Assembly (NCBI GenBank): GCA_003142185.1
Contig: PLOR01000022.1
Span: forward strand, 2,336 to 66,335
Reading direction: 5' to 3'
Origin: Bryobacterales bacterium
GTDB lineage: Bacteria > Acidobacteriota > Terriglobia > Bryobacterales > Bryobacteraceae
DNA length: 64,000 bases
Shown: positions 45,569-53,780 of the stretch, piece by piece
How the letters are laid out: each line of letters starts with the position of its first letter
Position numbering within the stretch: the first letter of the stretch is position 1
Made by a program: the position numbers and the translations under genes
Notes under the pieces: generated by a model
The model's input: only the letters and a program-made list of their open reading frames with translations
Told to the model about the DNA's origin: nothing
Database searches by the model: none

Positions 45569-45656
45569 CCGTGGGAACGATCGTGCCCACGGATGGCCGC
45601 CGGTTCTTATTGCTTTCAGTAACTTAACACCTGCCCGTGGGCACGATCGTTCCCAC
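45569..45656. repeat. Pair of near-palindromic 20-mers in perfect inverted orientation
   Basis: CCGTGGGAACGATCGTGCCCACGG (45569-45592) and CCGTGGGCACGATCGTTCCCAC (45635-45656). The 20-nt cores are exact reverse complements. Each core is itself an imperfect palindrome around CGATCG. Confidence 0.8.
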
Positions 45657-45677
45657 CGGGCTGTACCGATCCGGCGC

Positions 45678-47306
45678 TCACCCCATGCGCAGCAAATCGG
45701 GGCTCGTATGGGGAAGAAATGAGGCGCCCACAAACTCGTCCATGTAGCCGGCGAGATCGGCGAGGTCCACGTAGGTCACGCGCGTAAGATAGGTGGCGAT
45801 TTCATCGCGGAACTCGCGCGAGAGCAGGCTCAGCGCGGCGCCTTCGAGCGATCCGTTATCGATGTAACCGTAGCGTCCGAGCGGGATGTCCGGCAGCAGC
45901 CCGATTCCCACCGCGGCCGGCAGGTTGAGATAGCGGCCGAAGTTGCCCGAGACATACGCTCTCTCTATGGAGGGGCCGCCCGGGCCGAGCGAATCGACCA
46001 GCGAGCGTATGCCCGCGAAGATTGCCGCTTTGGCGCGAATGAGACTCGCCAGGTCCCGCTCCCAGAGCGCCACGCGCTGGTCGGCGGAGAGTGCAATCGC
46101 ACCGCCCCACTTGCCTTCCATGCGGCGTTCCCCGGGCACGCGCGCGGTTAGCCTGCCGCCGCGGTCAATCCAGCCGGCGCGGAACAGGGCGTCGGCCAGC
46201 GCGATCAACCCCGACCCGCACAGGCCGCGGACGCGTCCACCGCCAATCACGGAAAGCTCCATCGCGCCACTTTCCCCATCGATGGCGGCGCCGTCCACCG
46301 CGCCACGGTCCGCGCGCATGCCGCAGCGTATCCCGCCGCCTTCAAACGCCGGGCCCGCACTGCACGCGCACGCCAGCGCGAAATCGGCATTGCCGAAGAC
46401 GATCTCGCCGTTCGTCCCCAGGTCCACGTAGAGGGCCGTCTCAGTCGCGCGTGAGAAGCCGGCGCGCACCGCCCCGGCCAGTATGTCGCCGCCGACCCAT
46501 CCGCCCGCGCCTGGAACGCTGTCGACCGGCGCACCGCGGCCGGGCCATCCCAGGTTCGCCGCGTCCACCGGGCGAAAGGCCAAGGCGCGCGGCTGCGATG
46601 GTACGCGGCGAATCCCCGAGGGATCCTCGCCCAACAGCAGGTGGATCATGGTGACGTTGCCCGCCACCACGTAGCCGCGGATGCGCCCTGGATCAAGGCC
46701 TCCAGCCGCCGCTTCGCCGATCATCGAAACCACAGCCAGGCGAATCGAGGATGCCAGTTCGCCCAGCCCGCCCTTCTCCGCCGCGACGATGCGGGAGATC
46801 ACGTCGGCGCCTTTCGAGATCTGCGGATTGTAAGCCCCGGCCTCGCCCACGATCACGCCATCGGACAGACGGATCAGCAGCAGCCGCAATGTGGTGGTGC
46901 CGATATCGAGAGCCACGCCCAGATCCTCCGGCTCGCGGCATTCCACCAGCGGCGCCAGCTCGAGCGGCCAGGGAGCCCACGCCGAAAGAGCATCCGTACC
47001 GATGTACCGGTCGCTCGAGACCAGCTTGGGTAGTTGCGCTTCCACCAGCGGCTCGACGGTCAGCGGTCCATGCACGGGCGTGAGGCACGCCAGCACTTGC
47101 GGGAAGCCGGATTCGCGCCGCAGAACGCGGTACTCGGGGACCTGCCCTTCGAGAATGCGTACCAGGCAGCGCCCGCACGCGCCTCGTCCTCCGCATTCCG
47201 CGCGCACCGGTTCGCCGGCCAACTCGGCGGCGCGCAGGATGCTCGATCCCTCCGCGACGCTGGTGGAGCGGCCGGAGGGTGAGAACCGGACTGGGTGCGA
47301 AGGCAT
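45678..47306 (-). CDS. Reductive activator of the corrinoid Fe-S protein (RACo; 2Fe-2S ferredoxin + ASKHA/DUF4445 ATPase)
   Basis: 542 aa. The N-terminal plant-type ferredoxin motif is CGGRGACGRCLV, followed by the ASKHA fold (LDIGTTTL...VDLGTNGEIV). Confidence 0.85.
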   Translation of the reverse strand: MPSHPVRFSPSGRSTSVAEGSSILRAAELAGEPVRAECGGRGACGRCLVRILEGQVPEYRVLRRESGFPQVLACLTPVHGPLTVEPLVEAQLPKLVSSDRYIGTDALSAWAPWPLELAPLVECREPEDLGVALDIGTTTLRLLLIRLSDGVIVGEAGAYNPQISKGADVISRIVAAEKGGLGELASSIRLAVVSMIGEAAAGGLDPGRIRGYVVAGNVTMIHLLLGEDPSGIRRVPSQPRALAFRPVDAANLGWPGRGAPVDSVPGAGGWVGGDILAGAVRAGFSRATETALYVDLGTNGEIVFGNADFALACACSAGPAFEGGGIRCGMRADRGAVDGAAIDGESGAMELSVIGGGRVRGLCGSGLIALADALFRAGWIDRGGRLTARVPGERRMEGKWGGAIALSADQRVALWERDLASLIRAKAAIFAGIRSLVDSLGPGGPSIERAYVSGNFGRYLNLPAAVGIGLLPDIPLGRYGYIDNGSLEGAALSLLSREFRDEIATYLTRVTYVDLADLAGYMDEFVGASFLPHTSPDLLRMG

Positions 47307-47322
47307 CGGCGATCAACCGGTG

Positions 47323-48672
47323 TTACGGATGCGTTCCCAAGTCGCGGGCCAGCGGTCCCCAGACATCGCGGAAGAAGGGCGCGATGTCGGACGCCTCTTG
47401 CGGGCCCACCAGCACATGCCAGCCGTCACCCAGGGCATCCTCCAGTTCGCCGGAAATTACCGGGACATATCCGGGAATGATCACGGTGTGGTGGCTCACG
47501 CGTTCGGCTGCTTTCATCTCGCGGAGGGCTTTGGCCACGCGGTCGCCCGAAAATTTGCCGGCGGACCAGGCGGTCAGCACGCTCAGTCCTTCGGCATCCA
47601 CCACGGCCAGATGACACGCCACGCCGGAAGCTTCCGCTTCCGTCGAGACAATGAAATAGGTCAGCGAAAAATTGGAGGTGACCAGCAGCGGCGACCGGTC
47701 GTTCGGCTCGCCGATGGCATACAGGCCGGGGTCCATTTGCAGCGGCTTTTGCGGGTCGGTGTAAATGTTCTGCCGCAGGGTCCAGAGGGGCAGCCAGGTC
47801 TCCCCGCCGCAATCGGCCAGAGCCACGAGCGACGCGAACTTGGTGATGCCCAGCACGGCTTTTTCGATCTCACCGGCGCCCACGCACAGGAAGACCGGGT
47901 GGCCCAGGCCTGGATGGATGCGGTCGAGCGCGCCACGGCGGATGGCGCTGAGGCTGTGATGCAGCAAGCGCGGATCGGCGCCGGGTGGTTCGAGCAGAAT
48001 ATCGGTGACGCCAGCGCGCGCGGCGTCGCGGGCCGCGTCGGCCAGCGAGGCCAGGTCCGGCGCTCCCACCACCAGCGGTATGCCGAGACGCGCAGCCAAA
48101 GCGGCGTATCCCTCCAGGTTCGCGCCAGCGGGTGGAACCAGCAGGGGGCGGTGCTCTTTGATTCTCTCCGCGATGGCGGTCGCGCCGGGCAGCGTCGCCG
48201 CGAGAATGGCAACCGGAAACCCGCGGTCAGAGGCAGCGACGGCGGCGGCTACGCTCTCCGCGGTTTCCACAACGGCGATGCCATCCACCTGAAACGTCTC
48301 TCCGGCGCGTTCGATGCGGATCGCGCGCCAGTGGTCCAGCTTGGCGTCGCGTTCGGCCGCCGTGAGTCCGGCGGGATCGAAAATCTGGAACAGTCCGGGA
48401 TGCCGCACGAAGGTCTTTTCGTGGCGGAAGAAAACCGTCTCTTCCCCGACTGTGATGGCTCGATCGCCGCGGCCGACGGTGACGCCACGAATGGGCGGCG
48501 CCGAGGCAGCACCTAGCGCCGCTTTGGCCTCCGGCGAGGCATCCGGGCACTTCTCCAGCGCTTCCTTTCCCGCGGCCAGCTTCATGGCGAAGGTCAGGCA
48601 GGTAGGATACCCGCACTTTTTGCAGTTGGTATTGGGAAGGAGTTTGAAAATCTGCAAACCGGTCAACGGCAT
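47323..48672 (-). CDS. acsC: Corrinoid iron-sulfur protein large subunit (AcsC / CdhE)
   Basis: 449 aa. The N-terminal 4Fe-4S motif is LPNTNCKKCGYPTCLTFAMKLAAG, followed by TIM-barrel and B12-binding parts. Confidence 0.9.
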   Translation of the reverse strand: MPLTGLQIFKLLPNTNCKKCGYPTCLTFAMKLAAGKEALEKCPDASPEAKAALGAASAPPIRGVTVGRGDRAITVGEETVFFRHEKTFVRHPGLFQIFDPAGLTAAERDAKLDHWRAIRIERAGETFQVDGIAVVETAESVAAAVAASDRGFPVAILAATLPGATAIAERIKEHRPLLVPPAGANLEGYAALAARLGIPLVVGAPDLASLADAARDAARAGVTDILLEPPGADPRLLHHSLSAIRRGALDRIHPGLGHPVFLCVGAGEIEKAVLGITKFASLVALADCGGETWLPLWTLRQNIYTDPQKPLQMDPGLYAIGEPNDRSPLLVTSNFSLTYFIVSTEAEASGVACHLAVVDAEGLSVLTAWSAGKFSGDRVAKALREMKAAERVSHHTVIIPGYVPVISGELEDALGDGWHVLVGPQEASDIAPFFRDVWGPLARDLGTHP

Positions 48673-48751
48673 GGTGCGCCTCCGCTGGTTTCGCGATGCT
48701 GCGATGTTGTACCTTCCTGGTGAACCACTCCCTCAGACGCCGTGAAACCAT

Positions 48752-48827
48752 AGCCACAGATAAACACTGATGAACACGGATCTAAAACCAAGGTCTTATC
48801 TGTGTTCATCGGTGTTCATCCGTGGCT
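48752..48827. repeat. REP-like imperfect palindrome built from GAT(G/A)AACAC units
   Basis: Left arm AGCCACAGATAAACACTGATGAACACGGATC, right arm TTATCTGTGTTCATCGGTGTTCATCCGTGGCT. The reverse complement of the right arm (AGCCACGGATGAACACCGATGAACACAGATAA) is close to the left arm. The right arm overlaps the last codons of acsD. Confidence 0.8.
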
Positions 48828-49816
48828 CGAAATGAATTCTGCACCACTCCCTCACGGTCGTGGCTCGGTTCGGAGCCGAACCACGAATCCAGTTGCTTGC
48901 GGATTCTGTCGAGCGTCTCGGGATGGCGCAGCACCACCACCTCGGCGCCGGCCTCGATCAGAGTCATGGCGGTAGCCACCTCCCAGTGGATGCCGCGCTC
49001 CCGCTGGCTTCCCCAAAGCGGCTCTTTATCGGCAGGAACCTTGGCTTCCTTGGCCTTCCACGCCTCTTCTCCCACCAGGCAGACGATGGGGCAATTCAGC
49101 ATCGCATCGCCACCCAAAGCCGCCAGCCGGATTCTCTCCATCACGGAGTAGCTGTACTCCAATCCATAGCCCAGGCCGCCGGTGAGCGGATCGATCAGCA
49201 CGCGATTCAGATCCACATTGCTATCCGCCAGCAGAATATTAAGCTGCTTGGCCATGTTCACGTCAATCGGGCTCTCCCCCACCAGCGCGTGGCCGTAAGC
49301 CACCGCGACCGCGGCCAGCGTTTTGTAATCTTCGTTGGTTGCCGAATGCAGCGCGAGCCCTTCTCCCCGGCAGTCTTCTGCCACGCGTGCCAGCACCGTG
49401 TTCTGCTTCTGGCCGGCGCCCGGCCCCTTCACGATCAGGGGCACGTTCACCGCTTCCAGCACCGCGCCGACATCGGCGGCGGCCTGCTCCGGGGAGCGGT
49501 TGCCGCGGTCCGTGTGAGTGCCCATCAGGTGGACCAGCAGAAGATCGGCGCCGAAATCCGCGACAGCCCGCCGGGCAGCCTCCGCGGGCCGGCCCAGGAC
49601 GCCTTCCCACGGCTGGCGGACGCTTTCCACCCAACGCACCGGGTCCACGTCGGTGATCTCCAACGCCAGCGCGGGCCGATGCGGAAACGCGGCTTCGAAG
49701 GTATGGAGCGGCAGACCGTTGCCGCCGCCCACGGCGACCGGCCGGCGGCTGCCCGCTCCCAACGTCACCTCGCGGAGCGCGCCCGCCCATTTCTTCGGTT
49801 TCAGGTCCAGACTCAT
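48806..49816 (-). CDS. acsD: Corrinoid iron-sulfur protein small subunit (AcsD / CdhD)
   Basis: 336 aa: KKWAGALREVTLGA...GGGNGLPLHTFE...LALEITD is the typical AcsD/CdhD TIM-barrel start. Confidence 0.85.
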   Translation of the reverse strand: MSLDLKPKKWAGALREVTLGAGSRRPVAVGGGNGLPLHTFEAAFPHRPALALEITDVDPVRWVESVRQPWEGVLGRPAEAARRAVADFGADLLLVHLMGTHTDRGNRSPEQAAADVGAVLEAVNVPLIVKGPGAGQKQNTVLARVAEDCRGEGLALHSATNEDYKTLAAVAVAYGHALVGESPIDVNMAKQLNILLADSNVDLNRVLIDPLTGGLGYGLEYSYSVMERIRLAALGGDAMLNCPIVCLVGEEAWKAKEAKVPADKEPLWGSQRERGIHWEVATAMTLIEAGAEVVVLRHPETLDRIRKQLDSWFGSEPSHDREGVVQNSFRATDEHR

Positions 49817-49880
49817 GCTTGGGGTTCCTCAAGGCTCATCGCCGAAAGACGTGGTGCGCGCTCCAATTTATCTGTCGGCA

Positions 49881-52070
49881 TCAGACCATCTCGCCCATCT
49901 CCAGCGCGGGGTGCTCCACCGTCGCCAGGTATTCGATCAGCGGCTCCAGCTCCGTGCAGACGGTTTCGTCGGCGATCTTCTCATAGAAGCCGGGCTTGCC
50001 CAGTTCCTCGCAGCGCTGCCGCAGCCTGTCTCCCAGTTTTTGCTTGATGCGCGTCGTGGTCCACACCAGGCGCGCCAAGCCGCCATCGGCGCTGATGAAT
50101 TTGCGCGAGAGTGCGTAGATGGTGCCGATGCCGATGAATCCCGGCGTTTGCTGCCCGCCTCCGGTCATCTCCGCCAGCGAGGAAAACGTCATGCCGACGG
50201 GCGTCTCGCCCGCGTATTCGCGATCCACGATCATGATGCCGCCGGTACCCGGCAGAATGCACGCGATGCACTCGAAGCAGCCGCACGAGGTCATCGGGTC
50301 GGTGATCATCGAATAGGCCGAGAACCGCTCGAAGGCGCCGTTGGAGGCGTTGCGAATGAAGTCGTTGATGCCCTTCCACTGGCCGAGCACGGGGTCCACC
50401 GAATCGCCCTTGCGCACCGGCAGATTGCCGCCGTGCGGGTTGATTTCGTAAGCGGCCTTGCCATCCAGCCAGTTGTACGCGCCGCACAGGCCCAACCGCT
50501 CGGGAGTGATGATGCAGACGTGGTTGGGGGCATAGCTCTGGCACAGTGCGCAGGAATAGAAGATCTCCACGCGCTCATCCGTCAGCGCGCCCATGCGTTC
50601 GTCTCGCGACTGGTAAGCGGCAGCGGCGGTGGGATAAAGTTCCTCCACGCCGGCTGATTCGGTGAACAGGGTGACTTGCACTTTGTCCACGATGGCCGGG
50701 AAATCGTTCCTCAGCTTGTGCAGCAACACCGTCCCCAGGTGCTCGATGCGGAACCCGGCGTCGCGCGCCTTTTTGGAAATGCGCAGCCAGACCGTGTCGC
50801 GCTGACCCAGGTGCATCACGCCCATCGGTTCAGATAGGAAGGAATGGATGTGCCGCTCGAGAATGGATTCGAACTCGGGCTGCATCTTGCGGCCGGCCAC
50901 TTCCACGAAGATCGCCAGCGGCAGGCGCGCGCCCTCCGGCACGTCGCCGATCTCCGGCCCAACCACGCGAATCAGCCCGTCCTGCACCTGGTCCATGGGG
51001 CGGCTGGCGAGGTACTCGAAACAGCGCGTATACTTGCCGCCGAACTCGATAGCGACTTCTTCCCTGCGCACGCGCTCGCCTTCGAACGCGGGGCCGTGCC
51101 GCACCGGAATGGGGATCTCCACGGTGTGGATCTTGACGCCGCGCACTTCCACCGCGCGCGCGGGCATGTCGCGGTGAGCCACGTTCGAGACGACGTGTTC
51201 GTAAGTGCAGATGCCGCTGGGCAGAATCTCCGGGATATCGGTATCGGCGATCACCGGGAAGCCGAAATTGATGGCCCCGGCGGCGGTGGCGTATTTCTCA
51301 TCGTCCACTTCACCCAGCGCCAGCACGAAGGCGAACACGCGGCGCTGGTTGTAGAGCAGGATCTCGCGGGTTTCCTCGAGGCCGCCCGGCTTGAGGCCGC
51401 CGAAGGTGAACGCGGCGCGGCAAGCGAAGCCGAGGGCGTGCACGATGGACGACGTATCCGGCCCGTAAGGAACCAGGAACGTCTCCCAGTTCATTTGCAC
51501 GCCGCGCCGGTTGAGCTGCGCGGCCATGGTTTCGCCCGCGCAATTGGCGCCCATGAAGACCAGCAGGTTGCGCTCTTGCAGGTCGCGCGCCAGTTGCTCG
51601 GCAGTCTCGTCATCGGGCAGCGCGCCCACGCAGGCCGCGAATCCGGGCATGCGGCCATCCACCAGCTTGATGCCTTGCTCGCGCAAGATGCCATCGGTGG
51701 TGGGACCCAGCCAGTAATCGAATTCGAGTGGGATGCCGTGCAACGGCTTGAGCGCCTCAATGGCCTCCTGCGCCACCAGCGTGGCCGCGCCCGCATCGAG
51801 AGCGCCGCCCAGATAGGGAAGCCAAAGCTTTTCGGTGGGTTCGGCGGGAAGCCACGAGCGGGCGGCGCCGACGGCTTCTTCCAGGTCGCCGAGTTTCTCC
51901 ACTCGCTTTCCCGTCAGCGCGAGGATGATGGGCAGAGCATAAGCGGTGGATGGAAACCCGATGGCGGTATTGCGGTTGTGGCGGCCGAGGGCTTCGGCCA
52001 GCATCGTCTCCGCCCGCCGCACGCAAGCGTGGCCGCCGCGAATAGCCGCCGATGCAATGATTCTGGACAT
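49881..52070 (-). CDS. acsB: Acetyl-CoA synthase (A-cluster subunit, AcsB / CdhC)
   Basis: Start at MSRIIASAAIRG (ATG 52070), preceded by GAGGGAG. The protein is 729 aa. The A-cluster cysteines are in MTSCGCFECIACILPG. Confidence 0.9.
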   Translation of the reverse strand: MSRIIASAAIRGGHACVRRAETMLAEALGRHNRNTAIGFPSTAYALPIILALTGKRVEKLGDLEEAVGAARSWLPAEPTEKLWLPYLGGALDAGAATLVAQEAIEALKPLHGIPLEFDYWLGPTTDGILREQGIKLVDGRMPGFAACVGALPDDETAEQLARDLQERNLLVFMGANCAGETMAAQLNRRGVQMNWETFLVPYGPDTSSIVHALGFACRAAFTFGGLKPGGLEETREILLYNQRRVFAFVLALGEVDDEKYATAAGAINFGFPVIADTDIPEILPSGICTYEHVVSNVAHRDMPARAVEVRGVKIHTVEIPIPVRHGPAFEGERVRREEVAIEFGGKYTRCFEYLASRPMDQVQDGLIRVVGPEIGDVPEGARLPLAIFVEVAGRKMQPEFESILERHIHSFLSEPMGVMHLGQRDTVWLRISKKARDAGFRIEHLGTVLLHKLRNDFPAIVDKVQVTLFTESAGVEELYPTAAAAYQSRDERMGALTDERVEIFYSCALCQSYAPNHVCIITPERLGLCGAYNWLDGKAAYEINPHGGNLPVRKGDSVDPVLGQWKGINDFIRNASNGAFERFSAYSMITDPMTSCGCFECIACILPGTGGIMIVDREYAGETPVGMTFSSLAEMTGGGQQTPGFIGIGTIYALSRKFISADGGLARLVWTTTRIKQKLGDRLRQRCEELGKPGFYEKIADETVCTELEPLIEYLATVEHPALEMGEMV

Positions 52071-52074
52071 CAGT

Positions 52075-52140
52075 TCACTCCCTCGATGTGGGGCAGGCGA
52101 TTTCGCCTGCCAACTCCCGCGATGCAATAATCCTCGACAT
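52075..52140 (-). other. 21-codon upstream ORF (MSRIIASRELAGEIACPTSRE) duplicating the acsB start
   Basis: ATG at 52140 and TGA at 52075-52077, 4 nt before the acsB ATG. Its first 7 codons and 14 nt of leader repeat the acsB initiation region with 3 synonymous changes. Confidence 0.35.
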
Positions 52141-52148
52141 CAGTTCAC

Positions 52149-53780
52149 TCACTTACGATATTCGCGATAGTAGCTGCCGGCGCCGGTGATGTCGCCGTAA
52201 AGCAGCGCTCCGGCCAGGCGTCCGTTCTGGTACACCAACTTGCGGTACGCGCCGTTGCGGTTGACGGGGATTTCGGTTCGCGCGCCTTGCAGCCGTTCGG
52301 GCCGGACCTCGCCCACCGAGATGATCGATTCGCCGAAGAACCGCGAAGCATTCATGCGCAGCGCGCCGGCCGATGCCCGCTCGATGCCCACCGCGGTACT
52401 TCCGGCCGCGCGGCCCATTTCGTACGCCACCGGCCAGATGCCGCTGAGCGACAGGCGGCCCGTCAGCGGGTCGGGCGCCTCCGCGCAATCTCCGGCGGCG
52501 AAGATTCCCGGCAAGCTGGTGCGCCCGCAGAGATCCACCGAGATCCCGCGGCCGATCCGTATGCCCGTTCCCCGCAGCCATTCCACGTTGGGCACGATGC
52601 CCTTGGCCACCAGCACCAGGTCCGCCGGCAGCAGTTCGCCGTTATCGAGCCGCACGGCTTCCACGCGCGTGCCGCCCACCACTTCGACGGCATCGCGGCC
52701 AGTGCGGACCTCCACGCCGTGCGCGCGGAACAGGTCCGCCAGGCGGCGGCCGGCTTCCGCATCCACCATCTGCGAAAGCAAATGCACAGACGCCACCACC
52801 ACCGTCACGCGCAGTCCGCGCTCGAGGAACGCCTCGCACGCTTGCAGGCCCACGTTGCCGCCGCCCAGCACTACCGCGTGCGGCGTCGGAGACATCTTGC
52901 CGCACCAATCCGAAATCGCTGCCAGGTCTTCGGCATCGCGCAGCGCGAACACGCCCGCGAGATTCGCGCCGGGGATGGAAAGCCCCGCCGCCCGCGCGCC
53001 GGTCGCGAGAATGAGGCGTTCGAATCCGAGTTCGTCGCCGTTATCGAGCATCAGCGCTCCCACGTCGGGTTCGAGCCGCGACGCCTTGCGCCCGCCGAGG
53101 ACATGAACGCCTAGCTCGTGTTCCAGGTAATCTCTGGCGCGCCAATCGGTCTGCTCCGGCTGGAGGCGGCCCGCCAGAGCGTAGGAGAGCAACGGCCGCG
53201 AGTACAGCGACGAGTCGGCGGTGACCATCGTAATGGAGCACGCCGGCGCGCGCTCGCGCGCGGCCTCGCAGGCGGCGGTTCCGGCGGCGGACGATCCCAC
53301 CACTACCACTTGCCCTTCGAAGTCACTGCGCATGCGCTCGTCGGGCGGCGTGTGCGCGCTCAATGCGCCGGTGGGGCAAGCTTCCACGCAAGCCGGTATC
53401 GCGCGGTCCTGGCAAACGTCGCAACGCACCACACGGCGACGCGCCGGATCGGGACGGATGCCAAAGGGACACACCATCAGGCACATGTAGCAGCCGACGC
53501 AGCGGGCGTCGTCCAGCGTCACGCGGCCGGTAGCCGGGTCGCGGCGGAGTGCGCCGCTCTTGCAGGCAAAAGCGCACAGCGGTTCCAGGCACTGTTCGCA
53601 ACGCAGCGCTTCGAGGCCGTCGGCAGCGGCAGCCAGAACCACGCGCCGCGTGGGCGGAAACTCCTCGGCGATGGCGGCTTCTAGCGCATCACTTTCGGAA
53701 TGCGCCACTGAGCAGGCCAGCTCGCAACTGCGGCAGGCCAGGCAATGATCGCGATTGAAAACCAAAACGGGGCGCATCAT
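52149..53780 (-). CDS. Fusion of CooF-like 2x[4Fe-4S] ferredoxin domain with FAD/NAD(P)-dependent pyridine-nucleotide-disulfide-type oxidoreductase
   Basis: 543 aa. The N-terminus has several CxxCxxCxxxC clusters (CLACRSCELAC, CEQCLEPLCAFAC, CVGCYMCLMVC, CDVCQD...CVEAC). Two Rossmann motifs follow (VVVGSSAAGTA, VVLGGGNVGLQ) plus GDCA. Confidence 0.85.
   Translation of the reverse strand: MMRPVLVFNRDHCLACRSCELACSVAHSESDALEAAIAEEFPPTRRVVLAAAADGLEALRCEQCLEPLCAFACKSGALRRDPATGRVTLDDARCVGCYMCLMVCPFGIRPDPARRRVVRCDVCQDRAIPACVEACPTGALSAHTPPDERMRSDFEGQVVVVGSSAAGTAACEAARERAPACSITMVTADSSLYSRPLLSYALAGRLQPEQTDWRARDYLEHELGVHVLGGRKASRLEPDVGALMLDNGDELGFERLILATGARAAGLSIPGANLAGVFALRDAEDLAAISDWCGKMSPTPHAVVLGGGNVGLQACEAFLERGLRVTVVVASVHLLSQMVDAEAGRRLADLFRAHGVEVRTGRDAVEVVGGTRVEAVRLDNGELLPADLVLVAKGIVPNVEWLRGTGIRIGRGISVDLCGRTSLPGIFAAGDCAEAPDPLTGRLSLSGIWPVAYEMGRAAGSTAVGIERASAGALRMNASRFFGESIISVGEVRPERLQGARTEIPVNRNGAYRKLVYQNGRLAGALLYGDITGAGSYYREYRK

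Noticed and set aside
52071-52127. The in-frame upstream start of acsB at 52127 (MHRGSWQAKSPAPHRGSEL...).
   Set aside because: It has no RBS, and AcsB homology starts at MSRIIAS (52070), which has a strong GAGGGAG. The region is better explained by the duplicated initiation region and uORF.
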